A stretch of 43,246 nucleotides of DNA from Cyanobacteria bacterium J06626_4 (GTDB lineage Bacteria > Cyanobacteriota > Cyanobacteriia > Phormidesmidales > Phormidesmidaceae). The stretch spans positions 1-43,246 of the forward strand of contig JBCBJQ010000046.1 in NCBI GenBank assembly GCA_038523235.1. Direction: 5' to 3'. The position numbers and the translations under genes are program-made. Each line of letters opens with the position of its first letter. Positions within the stretch are counted from its first letter, which is position 1. Under the pieces are notes generated by a model, which made no database searches, was not told the DNA's origin, and was given only the letters and a program-made list of their open reading frames with translations. Shown in pieces: positions 28,999-39,335 of this stretch.

Positions 28999-29937
28999 AG
29001 CACAGTACTCGATGGGGCTTGGGACTTTAATCTTTACCCAAGATCTAATCCTTGGCTAGCGGCCAACCGTGCGAGAAGATTGATGGGCACGGCAGGGACA
29101 GGCAGGCGATCGCCTCATGAGGCAAGACATTCAACGTTATGGCCAAGGCGATTTCCCGCACGGTTCATCCCGCTAACGCGTCAGTATCGAAATTTATTGG
29201 CAATCGTTCTGAAAGTTCGGGAACAATTGGGCGATTGCTTCGTCAAGGCTTGAGGCTGAGTCTATTTGCAGAATCATCTACCTTTCAACTGCTGCAATAC
29301 CCTGACGCTTTTGCCCCCAAATCGAAGCGCTTCGCGATCCGCGATGGCCCGAAAAAGCTCCCTGGGCTGTTCTCAAAAAGACTCACCCCGAAACGAATAA
29401 AGCCCTTGAATGCCCTTGCCGGTGGGCATAACTTTAATCTGTACACATTTGCCAGGTAGGGGATCTCCCTCCGGCCCATCGCCCTTTGGGCCAGCTCCGC
29501 TACAGTGTTGATCAGGCGACGCTAAACCGGAGCCCCCCACGCGAGACAGTCTTTTTCTACGAACGCCGATTCGTCTGAACACTATTCTCTACAGGTGACT
29601 TGATAGTGCAGGCTACCCAACGGCTTGAGTACCCTCTGCCCCCTTTTTAGGATGAGACGCTGAGCCATTCCCAAGCTTCAGCCTAGGCCCGCTGGTCACC
29701 AGTGAGCGTCATCGCCATCGTCTCGATCTGAAAAAGATCGGCTCCGACTAACCGCCGCCCGAGGCTCAGCCCCCAGGCCATATCGGACTGAGATCGCGAT
29801 GCCGCCGCTTTAACGCCCGTCCCGTCCTAAATCACCATGACGACAATGGCACTGTGATAGTGCCGTCTTGATCGACTCGCGCGCGGCTAGAGAGTACTGC
29901 CGACTAGTGACGTATTGACAGCACCTCAAATCACACT

Positions 29938-32079
29938 ATGACGATCAACAATACTTTGACCCAGGCTGTGCTCAATCTGAGCAACCGGCCCAGTGTTGGC
30001 GCGGCCCAACTGCCGAGTCTCCATGTGAATGCTTGTAGCTGTTCGGCTTGTTGTACCAATACGCAAGCCAACTTTTCCTCCGACGGTACGGTCGCCGAGT
30101 CAGACTTTCAGGCCATTGGCCTGCGCTGGCCTCAACCCAATGGCCAAGGCAGCCCGACGACCATCACCTACAGCTACACCAATCTCTTTGATGGCGGCAT
30201 TAAAGGCGATATCACCGCTGACGAGATGAAGGCGGCGATCGAAGAAGCCTTCGCTCTGTGGGCACAGTATGCGCCCCTAAAGTTTGTCGAGGTAGAAGAT
30301 AGTGGGCCCAAGTCCAACAGTAATCTCGACGCAGCAGATATTCGCATTGGCCATGAAAATTTAGGCGGTGCGGGGGGCACCCTCGGACGCGCCAATCTCA
30401 CCACTGCGCCAGGGGAATTGGCGACAACTGTGGTGTTTGATAACCGGGATACCTGGGGCACCGACCAGTCCGGTTTCACATTCGACTTTCTCGAAGTGGC
30501 CGTTCACGAAATCGGCCATGTGTTGGGACTCGCCCACGAATCCGGCACCGACGCGATTATGAACCCCTCCGTCCAAAATCGCTACTCGGGTTTAGGGACA
30601 GCTTTTTTATTGACCGATGACATCAACGGCATCCGCTCGCTCTATGGCGAGGGACAAGGCTCCGTAAAATCGCTTGCGGGCAATCCGTCCCCGCCGACGC
30701 CCACACCCGAGCCCACACCAACGCCGGAACCGGAGCCCGAACCCACGCCGGAGCCCACACCCGAACCTGAACCCACGCCGGAACCCGAACCCACACCCGA
30801 GCCCGAACCGACGCCGGAACCCGAGCCGACACCGGAGGAACCCACACCGGAGCCCACGCCGAATCCAGTGCCAGAGCCTCCTGGTACCTCGCGAGAAGCG
30901 CTGACCGATGACACCGATCGCTTTGACCAGCGAGTTTTGGAACTGGTCAACAACGAGCGGCAAAAGCGCGGCTTGAATCCACTGACGCTCAATAACCAGT
31001 TAGACCAAGCGGCCGATAACCATGCCGAAAACATGGCGGAGCAAGACTTCTTTAAGCACGTTGACCCCGCCGGCCTCTCCCCCACAGACCGGGTCGCTCA
31101 AACTGGCTACGATTCGCAGTTGGTGAAGCAAAACATTGGGGGCGGCCAAACCAACCCTGAATGGCTCGTCCAGGACTTTATGCGAAATGCCACGACCCGC
31201 GATCGCCTGTTGACCCCAGAGCTGACCGAAATGGGGCTCGGCTATGCCGAAATGCCCAACGATGGGGGCGACGTTCAATTTGGTCGCTATTGGGCGCAAG
31301 TTTTTGCTGCGCCCGAAGCTGTTTCTCCCGATTCAGAAGTGATACCAGCTCCGGTCATGCCGCCGGTATCGCCAACTGTGCCCATGTCACCGTCGATTAT
31401 GGGCACTGATGGCAACGACGTCATCCGCGCCGGGGCTGACGATGACGTTATCCAGGCAGGTGCCGGTCGGGACAGTATCTTTGGCCGCAAAGGGAACGAT
31501 ATGATCTGGGGCGAAGCTGATGACGACTGGGTGCGAGGTCAGCGAGGCGACGACACCCTTAAAGGCGGCGCTGGCCATGATCGCCTCAATGGTGGCCTCG
31601 GCAGCGATCGCCTGTATGGCGACCAAGGCGATGATCGCCTCAATGGTCAAAAGGGCGATGACTACTTAACGGGTGGCCTCGGCAGCGATCGCCTCCGAGG
31701 TGGCCAGGGCCGCGATTGGCTGTTGGGGGCCGAGGCCCAAGTGGGCGTACCCGGTCGGCACGAACGCGATGTGTTGATTGGCGGGCAAGATGCCGACATC
31801 TTTGTCTTGGGTGATGAGTCTCGGGCCTACTATGACGATGGCCAAGCCAACAAAACCGGCTTTGAGGACTATGCCTGGTTAAAGGATTTTAGTCTGACTC
31901 AGGGAGACGAAATCCAACTGCATGGCGCAGCCCAGGACTACTCACTGGGCGCAACGCCCAAGGGTGTCGCCAAGGGGCAAGGCCTGTTCTTGAAAACCGC
32001 TGGCGTCGATGAGTTGATTGCGGTGGTGCAAACGGATGCTGCCTTGACGTTGCAAAGCGACGCTTTCACCTTCGTTTAG
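29938..32079 (+). CDS. Matrixin (M10) metalloprotease, Pro/Glu/Thr linker, CAP domain and RTX Ca-binding repeats
   Basis: HEIGHVLGLAH with AIMNP Met-turn; (TPEPEP)n; LELVNNERQKRGLNPL (CAP); multiple GGxGxDxL nonamers; no Sec signal. Confidence 0.9.
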   Translation: MTINNTLTQAVLNLSNRPSVGAAQLPSLHVNACSCSACCTNTQANFSSDGTVAESDFQAIGLRWPQPNGQGSPTTITYSYTNLFDGGIKGDITADEMKAAIEEAFALWAQYAPLKFVEVEDSGPKSNSNLDAADIRIGHENLGGAGGTLGRANLTTAPGELATTVVFDNRDTWGTDQSGFTFDFLEVAVHEIGHVLGLAHESGTDAIMNPSVQNRYSGLGTAFLLTDDINGIRSLYGEGQGSVKSLAGNPSPPTPTPEPTPTPEPEPEPTPEPTPEPEPTPEPEPTPEPEPTPEPEPTPEEPTPEPTPNPVPEPPGTSREALTDDTDRFDQRVLELVNNERQKRGLNPLTLNNQLDQAADNHAENMAEQDFFKHVDPAGLSPTDRVAQTGYDSQLVKQNIGGGQTNPEWLVQDFMRNATTRDRLLTPELTEMGLGYAEMPNDGGDVQFGRYWAQVFAAPEAVSPDSEVIPAPVMPPVSPTVPMSPSIMGTDGNDVIRAGADDDVIQAGAGRDSIFGRKGNDMIWGEADDDWVRGQRGDDTLKGGAGHDRLNGGLGSDRLYGDQGDDRLNGQKGDDYLTGGLGSDRLRGGQGRDWLLGAEAQVGVPGRHERDVLIGGQDADIFVLGDESRAYYDDGQANKTGFEDYAWLKDFSLTQGDEIQLHGAAQDYSLGATPKGVAKGQGLFLKTAGVDELIAVVQTDAALTLQSDAFTFV
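30688..30882 (+). repeat. Low-complexity Pro-Thr-Glu coding repeat
   Basis: Degenerate 12/18-bp units encoding PTPEPEPTPE... Confidence 0.9.
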
Positions 32080-32151
32080 TCCCCACTGCGAGGGATTGAG
32101 GGGGCGGCTTTCAAAATGAGGATTGATGCCTGGTAGCCGCTGCCCCAGCTC

Positions 32152-32199
32152 ATCACCCCCAACCTGAGCGACTTCAATACTGCTCAGGTTGGGGGTGAT
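32152..32199. terminator. 18-bp perfect inverted repeat between convergent genes (bidirectional terminator or REP-like)
   Basis: ATCACCCCCAACCTGAGC (32152-32169) and GCTCAGGTTGGGGGTGAT (32182-32199). Confidence 0.7.
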
Positions 32200-32263
32200 C
32201 TGACTGAGAGGCCACGGCCGCAATGCCCCAACGTTGACTCAAGCCAACAGGCGATCGCCTACT

Positions 32264-32926
32264 TCAACCACTGGCTTGCACCAGGTAGCCACAGCGATGC
32301 TCACCCTCCACGAGCCAATGGGTGCGCTGCACCGTGCAATCAGGCAGCGCCAATTGAAACATCTCTAACTCGTGGCCACAAACGCTGGGAAACGACTCGG
32401 CGATATGAGAAATGGCGCAGTTATATTCCGCAATAACGTAGCAGGGACCAGCTGCAGCCGACCCGTCACCCTCTGGCTGCACTTCTTGCCACTCCGCCAT
32501 GTACCCTTCTCGCTTGCGGAGTTTGACCAAGTGATCGACCCGATCAGAGATCGTCCCATCGCCCATCTGCTTGCGATACTCTTCGGCCTTACGCTGCCAC
32601 TGCTTTTGCAGGATCGTGCCCACCTGATCTTGGCCCACGGTTTCCGCCAAGGTATCCAACAGCGAAATTGCAAACTCGTCATACTGGGCCGGAAAGCGAT
32701 CTCGCCCTTTGCGACTCAACCGGTAGAGATAGTTGGGCCGCCCCATGCCAGCCTGCTCGGCGCGATGCTCGATGAGGTCTTCAGAGAGCAAATCTTTGAG
32801 ATGTCGGCGAATCGCTTGGGGGCTAACGCCGAGGGATTCCGCCAACACCTGAGCACTGGCTTCGCCCTGCTTCAGCAAACTTTGCAGAATGTCTTCCTTA
32901 GTGGACGGCGGCTGTAGAGAAGTCAT
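32264..32926 (-). CDS. sufR: Fe-S cluster biogenesis repressor SufR
   Basis: wHTH (SPQAIRRHL, GMGRP); exact C-X12-C-X13-C-X14-C spacing; divergent from the suf operon. Start placed at MTSLQ (32926). Confidence 0.95.
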   Translation of the reverse strand: MTSLQPPSTKEDILQSLLKQGEASAQVLAESLGVSPQAIRRHLKDLLSEDLIEHRAEQAGMGRPNYLYRLSRKGRDRFPAQYDEFAISLLDTLAETVGQDQVGTILQKQWQRKAEEYRKQMGDGTISDRVDHLVKLRKREGYMAEWQEVQPEGDGSAAAGPCYVIAEYNCAISHIAESFPSVCGHELEMFQLALPDCTVQRTHWLVEGEHRCGYLVQASG

Positions 32927-33140
32927 TTTTTGCAACCCAGTCAACACTGACAGACACATCAAGTCAATGGCAACCCCGAGTTCCAAGCACCTCGGCATCG
33001 CCCCTGTAGCCGACTGCCGCCACCGAACCGCGACCCAGCCAGACCCACCTTTAAGCCGTTCAACCGCACAGCTCACACCAGCAAATCACCTAGAGGCAAG
33101 TCGCCGTAGCTGGCCAATCTGTTATCAAACCCTAATTTAA

Positions 33141-33219
33141 CAACATTGGCGTTGTTTTACTTTGACAACATCTGTGTTGTTAAAGTATTCTAGGCGTACA
33201 TTGAGCAACCTAGAGGTTG
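33141..33219. promoter_or_regulatory. Three SufR operator boxes, CAAC-N6-GTTG
   Basis: CAACattggcGTTG (33141-33154), CAACatctgtGTTG (33166-33179), CAACctagagGTTG (33206-33219). Confidence 0.88.
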
Positions 33220-33271
33220 TTTTAATTATAAGATTGAACTGTTCATACGCCACTTCATCCCCAAAAGTCAG

Positions 33272-33631
33272 ATGCAAGACAATACGACAACTCAAGGTAC
33301 AGAAAAGAATTTAGAGCTGATGCGGAACTTCGCTCAGAGTTACGCCAAGCGCACAGGGACGTATTTCTGCTCTGACTTGGGCGTCACCGCAGTGGTGCTA
33401 GAGGGCTTGGCGAAGCATAAAGATGACCTAGGGGCGCCGCTCTGTCCCTGTCGCCATTATGAAGATAAAGAAGCGGAAGCAAAAGCCACCTATTGGAACT
33501 GCCCTTGCGTCCCCATGCAAGAGCGGCATGAATGTCACTGCATGTTGTTTTTGACTGAAGACAACCCCTTTGCCGGTGATAAGCAAGATATCTCCTTCGA
33601 AGAGATTCGCTCCGAAACCAACCAGTATTAA
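33272..33631 (+). CDS. ftrC: Ferredoxin-thioredoxin reductase catalytic subunit
   Basis: CPC...CPC...CHC Fe-S/disulfide motifs (PLCPCRHY, WNCPCVPM, ECHCMLF). Confidence 0.96.
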   Translation: MQDNTTTQGTEKNLELMRNFAQSYAKRTGTYFCSDLGVTAVVLEGLAKHKDDLGAPLCPCRHYEDKEAEAKATYWNCPCVPMQERHECHCMLFLTEDNPFAGDKQDISFEEIRSETNQY

Positions 33632-33722
33632 ATTCCCGACCGGTGCTATGCCTGTGGGTTCGGGAATGCCTTGATCGGGCGATCGCCCGGATGCTTTTAT
33701 TGCTGTCTCTCCCTCTGTGTCT

Positions 33723-35159
33723 ATGACTGCCTCTGTTAAGTCTCTCGTTAGCCAGCCTTACAAGTACGGTTTCACGACGGATATCGAAGCCGACACCATT
33801 CCCCGTGGCCTGACTGAAGACACGGTGCGGCTGATTTCGGCCAAAAAGAACGAACCCGAATTCATGCTGGAGTTTCGGCTCAAGGCCTATCGCAAATGGT
33901 TGACCATGACGGAGCCCGACTGGCCTAACGTCGGGTATCCGCCCATTAACTATCAAGACATCATCTACTACTCCGCCCCCAAGCAAGAGAAGAAGAAGCT
34001 CGAGAGCCTCGATGATGCCGATCCGGCGCTGCTGGAAACCTTTGAAAAGCTGGGTTTACCCCTATCAGAGCAAAAGCGTCTGGCAAACGTCGCGGTTGAT
34101 GCCGTCTTTGACAGCGTCTCCATTGGCACCACCTATAAAGAAAAGCTGGCCGAAGATGGCGTTATCTTCTGTTCCATTTCGGAAGCGTTGGAAGAGCATC
34201 CGGAACTGATCGAAAAGTACTTGGGGACGGTGGTACCGGTTGGCGATAACTACTTTGCAGCGTTGAACTCAGCGGTCTTTAGTGACGGCTCCTTTGTGTT
34301 CATTCCTAAGAACACGAAGTGCCCGATGGATTTGTCCACCTATTTCCGCATCAACAACGGCGACTCAGGTCAATTTGAGCGGACGCTGATCATTGCCGAA
34401 GAGGGCAGTTCAGTTACCTATTTAGAAGGCTGCACCGCTCCGATGTATGACAGCAACCAGCTGCACGCTGCCGTAGTGGAACTGGTGGCGCTCGACGATG
34501 CCGAAATCAAGTATTCCACCGTGCAAAACTGGTTTGCTGGCGACAAAGACGGTAAAGGCGGTATCTACAACTTTGTCACCAAGCGCGGTACTTGCCATAA
34601 GAACGCCAAGATTTCTTGGACGCAGGTCGAGACCGGTTCTGCCATTACTTGGAAGTATCCTAGTTGCGTGCTGCTGGGCGACAACGCCGTCGGGGAGTTT
34701 TACTCTGTAGCGCTGACCAACAACATGCAGCAGGCCGACACCGGCACCAAAATGGTGCACATCGGCAAAAACACCCGCAGCACCATTGTGTCGAAGGGCA
34801 TTTCGGCAGGCAAGTCCAAAAACAGCTATCGCGGCTTGGTCAAGATCGGGCCAAAGGCGGCAGGCGCGCGGAATTATTCCCAGTGCGACTCCATGCTGAT
34901 TGGCGATACCTCCAACGCCAATACCTATCCCTATATCCAAGTCCAAAACAGCACTGCTCAGGTAGAGCACGAAGCCTCAACTTCCAAAATTGGGGAAGAC
35001 CAGCTGTTTTACTTTGCCCAGCGCGGCATTTCGCCTGAAGATGCCGTATCGATGATCATCAGCGGCTTCTGCCGTCAGGTCTTCAACGAACTGCCGATGG
35101 AATTTGCCGCCGAGGCGGATAAGCTGATGGCTCTCAAGCTGGAAAACACCGTGGGTTAG
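33723..35159 (+). CDS. sufB: Fe-S cluster assembly protein SufB
   Basis: [57 protein letters not shown]. Confidence 0.98.
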   Translation: MTASVKSLVSQPYKYGFTTDIEADTIPRGLTEDTVRLISAKKNEPEFMLEFRLKAYRKWLTMTEPDWPNVGYPPINYQDIIYYSAPKQEKKKLESLDDADPALLETFEKLGLPLSEQKRLANVAVDAVFDSVSIGTTYKEKLAEDGVIFCSISEALEEHPELIEKYLGTVVPVGDNYFAALNSAVFSDGSFVFIPKNTKCPMDLSTYFRINNGDSGQFERTLIIAEEGSSVTYLEGCTAPMYDSNQLHAAVVELVALDDAEIKYSTVQNWFAGDKDGKGGIYNFVTKRGTCHKNAKISWTQVETGSAITWKYPSCVLLGDNAVGEFYSVALTNNMQQADTGTKMVHIGKNTRSTIVSKGISAGKSKNSYRGLVKIGPKAAGARNYSQCDSMLIGDTSNANTYPYIQVQNSTAQVEHEASTSKIGEDQLFYFAQRGISPEDAVSMIISGFCRQVFNELPMEFAAEADKLMALKLENTVG

Positions 35160-35163
35160 CGCC

Positions 35164-35586
35164 ATGATGGGCATCACCTACGCCGACATTGAACTGATTC
35201 GGGCAGCGGATTTGATTCTGGTGCAAGAAGGCTATTTATCAGCAGATCAAATTCACCAGGTTCAGGCGAGTGCCCTTGTCGATAGTGGTCCTTCTATGCT
35301 GACGATTCCCCGTTCTCTAGCACGCCTCTTAAATCTTCAGAAGATGGATGAGGTTCAAACAGAATTGGCCAATGGTGAGGTGATGCAGGCAGAGGTGGTT
35401 GGCCCGATTGAGGTGCGGTTTGCCAATCGTCGGGCGTCAGTAGATGCCGTTGTGATTGAGGCAGAGACTGAAGTTTTGCTGGGTGCAATTCCCATGCAGG
35501 GCATGGACGTGATGATTGATCCTAAACGCGAGCGGTTAATCGTCAACCCAGACAGCCCCAATCAAGCCCGCATGTTATTGAAATGA
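35164..35586 (+). CDS. Clan AA (retropepsin-like) aspartic protease, AF_0612-like
   Basis: MGITYADIEL, ALVDSG catalytic motif, ELANGE flap, VLLGAIPMQGMD; 4 nt after the sufB stop. Confidence 0.82.
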   Translation: MMGITYADIELIRAADLILVQEGYLSADQIHQVQASALVDSGPSMLTIPRSLARLLNLQKMDEVQTELANGEVMQAEVVGPIEVRFANRRASVDAVVIEAETEVLLGAIPMQGMDVMIDPKRERLIVNPDSPNQARMLLK

Positions 35587-35655
35587 GCTTTGTTCAGCGT
35601 TTGACTGTGTATTGATTTGATTTTGACGTAGTTAGGATTGTTGGCCCCGAAGACC

Positions 35656-36444
35656 ATGATTAACGAGAACAGTGAAATAATTTTGTCCGTGCGTGACCTG
35701 CAGGCCACCGTCGACGGCACGACGATCCTGAAGGGGGTCAATCTAGAAGTGAAGGCGGGCGAAGTGCATGCCATCATGGGGCTGAACGGCTCCGGCAAGA
35801 GTACCTTCTCCAAGGTACTGGCAGGTCATCCCGATTATGAAGTGACCGGCGGTGAGATTCAGTTTCAAGGCGCCGACATTTCGGAACTAGAGCCCCATGA
35901 TCGCGCCACCGCTGGGATCTTTCTGGCTTTTCAATATCCGTTAGAAATTCCCGGCGTCAGCAATCGTGACTTTTTGCGGGTGGCCTTTAACGCCCATCGC
36001 AAATCTCGCGGTGAAGACGAGATGGATGTTTTTGACTTTGACGACCTGATCGAAGAAAAACTGGCGGTCGTCAAGATGGATGCCGCGTTTCTCGATCGCA
36101 GCGTCAACGAAGGCTTCTCGGGCGGCGAGAAAAAGCGCAACGAAATTCTGCAAATGGCGCTGTTAGAGCCGTCTCTGGCGATTCTTGACGAGACGGATTC
36201 GGGGCTCGACATTGATGCGCTGAAAACGGTCGCCGGGGGAGTGAACCAGCTCACGAATCCCGACAATGCGGTGGTGATGATTACTCACTACCAGCGGCTG
36301 CTCAACTACATCGTGCCGGATTATGTGCATGTGATGGCCGATGGGCGCATCATCACGACGGGTGGCAAAGAACTCGCCGAACGTCTGGAAGCCGAAGGCT
36401 ACGAAGACATCATGGCGGAGTACACAGCAGAGGTGGCAGTGTAA
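35656..36444 (+). CDS. sufC: Fe-S cluster assembly ATPase SufC
   Basis: [43 protein letters not shown]. Confidence 0.98.
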   Translation: MINENSEIILSVRDLQATVDGTTILKGVNLEVKAGEVHAIMGLNGSGKSTFSKVLAGHPDYEVTGGEIQFQGADISELEPHDRATAGIFLAFQYPLEIPGVSNRDFLRVAFNAHRKSRGEDEMDVFDFDDLIEEKLAVVKMDAAFLDRSVNEGFSGGEKKRNEILQMALLEPSLAILDETDSGLDIDALKTVAGGVNQLTNPDNAVVMITHYQRLLNYIVPDYVHVMADGRIITTGGKELAERLEAEGYEDIMAEYTAEVAV

Positions 36445-37787
36445 TGGCGATTCAGGTTTCTAGCATCGACCCACCCACGCAGCTAACCAAACGCGAGCAG
36501 CGAGCAGCGTATCTCAAAGATCTGCTCGGCACTCTGCAAGCCAACGTTCCCGAGGCTGTAGCCCTAGAGAACTTACGCGCTCAAGCGGCGGCGATCGCCC
36601 ATGAGCACACCTTCCCCACCACACGGGATGAAGACTGGCGCTTTACCGATCTAAGCGCCATGCTGTCAGTGCCCTTTCAGGCCACGGAAGCTGCCCCTAA
36701 GGTGGATGCGGCAGCCTTAGCTGCCCTTGAGATGCCCGAGGCGATCGCCCGCATCGTATTGGTCAATGGTCAGTTCAGTGCCGGGCTCTCCGACCTGGCG
36801 CACCTGCCTGCAGGGATCGTCGTGAGCAACCTAACGGCGTTGCAATCGGGAACCATGGCTGACCAACTGATGGCGCGACTGGCGCAATCGAGTTGCGGGC
36901 ATGAGCTATTTACCGCGCTCAATACCGCGGGGTTTCAAGATGCTGCAGTTGTTTGGGTGCCGCGTCATCAAGTGATTGAGCAGCCGATTCACGTGGTTTA
37001 CCTGTCGGTGGATGGCGGCACTCCTACTGTCACGAGTCCGCGGTGTTTGGTCGTGGCGGAAGCGGGCAGTGCCCTCACCTTGGTCGAAGACTTTTACGGA
37101 GCGCAAGACCACGCTCAGTTCAACAACAGCGTGACGGAAGTGTGGGCTGATGAGAATGCCCAAGTGACTCATGTGCGGCTGCAGCGCGAAGGGCTCGGCA
37201 CCTTTCACATTGGTAAGACGGCCATCACCCAAGGGCGCGATAGTCGCTACACCATCATTCCGGTAAGCTTGGGAGCACGGGTCTCTCGCCACAACTTAGA
37301 GATGCATCAAACGGGGCCACAAACCGATACCAATCTGTACGGGTTGGCGGCGATCGCCCAGTCGCAACTGGCTGACACTCACAGCCTGATCGCCATGAAC
37401 CATCCGCACGGTACGGCAGAACAGCTGCACAAGTGCATCGTGGATGATGCCGCCCATACGGTGTTTAACGGCAAGGTCTGGGTGCCTCACAACGCCCAGT
37501 TGACCAACACGAGCCAGCTCAACCGCAACCTGCTGCTCTCGAACAAGGCGCGGGTCGATACCAAGCCAGAATTGGACATTGTGGCCGACAATGTAAAGTG
37601 CGCCCACGGGGCGACGGTCAGTCAACTCGATGCCAATGAGGTGTTTTATCTGCAAAGTCGAGGCATTACTGCTGAGGCGGCGCAGCGACTGTTGATTTAT
37701 GGCTTTGCGATGGACATTATCGATCGCATTCCGGTTTCCTCCTTACAAAAGACGCTGATGGCAACGGTGACCCAGCGGACGCAGTAG
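36444..37787 (+). CDS. sufD: Fe-S cluster assembly protein SufD
   Basis: EDWRFTDL, FNGKVWV, TKPELDIVADNVKCAHGATV, FYLQSRG; TAATG coupling with sufC. Confidence 0.96.
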   Translation: MAIQVSSIDPPTQLTKREQRAAYLKDLLGTLQANVPEAVALENLRAQAAAIAHEHTFPTTRDEDWRFTDLSAMLSVPFQATEAAPKVDAAALAALEMPEAIARIVLVNGQFSAGLSDLAHLPAGIVVSNLTALQSGTMADQLMARLAQSSCGHELFTALNTAGFQDAAVVWVPRHQVIEQPIHVVYLSVDGGTPTVTSPRCLVVAEAGSALTLVEDFYGAQDHAQFNNSVTEVWADENAQVTHVRLQREGLGTFHIGKTAITQGRDSRYTIIPVSLGARVSRHNLEMHQTGPQTDTNLYGLAAIAQSQLADTHSLIAMNHPHGTAEQLHKCIVDDAAHTVFNGKVWVPHNAQLTNTSQLNRNLLLSNKARVDTKPELDIVADNVKCAHGATVSQLDANEVFYLQSRGITAEAAQRLLIYGFAMDIIDRIPVSSLQKTLMATVTQRTQ

Positions 37788-37835
37788 AGAGATTGGCTGT
37801 TAGTGTTTACTTACCCCCCCGTTTGAATGCTTCCT

Positions 37836-39104
37836 ATGACTCTGGCTCAAGAACTCACCCTCGCCACTAAGGTTCGTGACGACTTTCCGATTCTTCATCA
37901 GGAAGTCAACGGCCATCCGTTGGTGTACTTTGACAACGCCGCCACGTCACAAAAGCCAAAGGCAGTGCTGGAGACCATTCGCCATTATTACGAAGCCGAC
38001 AACGCCAACGTGCACCGGGGGGTGCATGCGCTGAGTGCGCGAGCGACCGATGCCTACGAGGGGGCACGCGATAAAATTGCGGCCTTCGTTAACGCCGCAT
38101 CACGGGATGAGATTGTTTTCACCCGTAATGCCAGCGAAGCAATCAATCTGGTGGCCTACACCTGGGGCATGACTACCCTGCAGGCGGGGGATGAAATCAT
38201 TCTGTCGGTGATGGAGCACCACAGTAATTTAGTACCCTGGCAGTTTGTCGCCCAGCGCACGGGCGCGGTGCTGAAGTTCGTCGGCCTCACGGAGACGCAC
38301 GAGCTGGATATGGATGAGCTGCGATCGCACCTCTCCGACAAAACCAAGCTGATCACGTTGAACCACGTTTCCAACACGCTGGGCTGCATTAACCCCGTCG
38401 AAGACATTGTGGCGCTGGCCCAGCGCTATGGCGCAAAGGTGCTGATCGATGCCTGCCAGAGCACGCCCCACATGCCGCTAGATGTGCAGGCATTAGGCTG
38501 TGACTGGCTCGTCGCTTCCGGCCATAAGATGTGTGGCCCGACTGGAGCCGGTTTCCTCTACGGCAAGCTGAACTTGCTGCAAGCCATGCCACCGTTTTTG
38601 GGCGGCGGCGAGATGATTGCCGATGTGTTTTTAGACCACTCCACCTATGCATCCCTGCCCCACAAGTTTGAAGCGGGGACGCCAGCCATTTGTGAGGCCA
38701 TCACGCTGGGGGCAGCGGTGGATTATTTGAACGCGGTGGGCATGGATAAGATTGCCGATTATGAGCATGAGCTGACCCAGTACCTCTATCAGCAAATCAA
38801 TCAAATTCCCCACATCACGCTGTATGGCCCGCAACCCAAGGCAGACGGCAGCGGTCGGGCCTCGTTGGCCACCTTCACGGTGGATGGCGTCCATGCCCAG
38901 GATCTTTCGACGCTGTTAGATCAGTCGGGCATTGCGGTGCGATCGGGCCATCACTGCACACAACCCCTGCACCGAATTTTAGGCGTGACTTCCACAGCGC
39001 GGGCGAGCCTGTATTTCTACAACACCCGCGAAGAGATTGATATCTTCATCGCGGCGCTGAAGGACACAATCGACTTTTTCGCCAGCGTGTTTGACGACGA
39101 TTGA
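37836..39104 (+). CDS. sufS: Cysteine desulfurase SufS
   Basis: [26 protein letters not shown] (PLP Lys), [15 protein letters not shown] (group II). Confidence 0.97.
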   Translation: MTLAQELTLATKVRDDFPILHQEVNGHPLVYFDNAATSQKPKAVLETIRHYYEADNANVHRGVHALSARATDAYEGARDKIAAFVNAASRDEIVFTRNASEAINLVAYTWGMTTLQAGDEIILSVMEHHSNLVPWQFVAQRTGAVLKFVGLTETHELDMDELRSHLSDKTKLITLNHVSNTLGCINPVEDIVALAQRYGAKVLIDACQSTPHMPLDVQALGCDWLVASGHKMCGPTGAGFLYGKLNLLQAMPPFLGGGEMIADVFLDHSTYASLPHKFEAGTPAICEAITLGAAVDYLNAVGMDKIADYEHELTQYLYQQINQIPHITLYGPQPKADGSGRASLATFTVDGVHAQDLSTLLDQSGIAVRSGHHCTQPLHRILGVTSTARASLYFYNTREEIDIFIAALKDTIDFFASVFDDD

Positions 39105-39335
39105 TGGCATGGGGCGATCGCTTGCTCTGAATTATTGACTGCAGAGGCTACAGGCTTTACCCGCGCTATCGTTAAGATGGAGTGGGCATTTTGCCGTAAC
39201 TTTGGCGTCTCAAGCCAGCGTAGTTTGAGTATGAACGAGACATCTGTGCAGGATTTTAGTCTGTATTGATGTGTCGAACCTGATCGAAGCGGTTGAAGAT
39301 TCGGGCAAAAGTGAACGGCGGGGAAAAGACTTTCT

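Noticed and set aside
29370..29480. c-di-AMP (ydaO) riboswitch suggested by GGGGTGAGTC and GTAGGG
   Set aside because: The two fragments are on opposite strands and the other consensus blocks are absent.
30688..30882. Possible repeat array, or Gly/Ser-rich antisense ORFs (e.g. 30642-31085)
   Set aside because: Explained by the Pro-Glu-Thr linker of the plus-strand protein; the antisense ORFs are shadows.
33723..35586. Intein in SufB, or a SufB-protease fusion
   Set aside because: SufB is normal length with its own TAG stop; the protease ORF is separate, in a different frame, and lacks intein termini.
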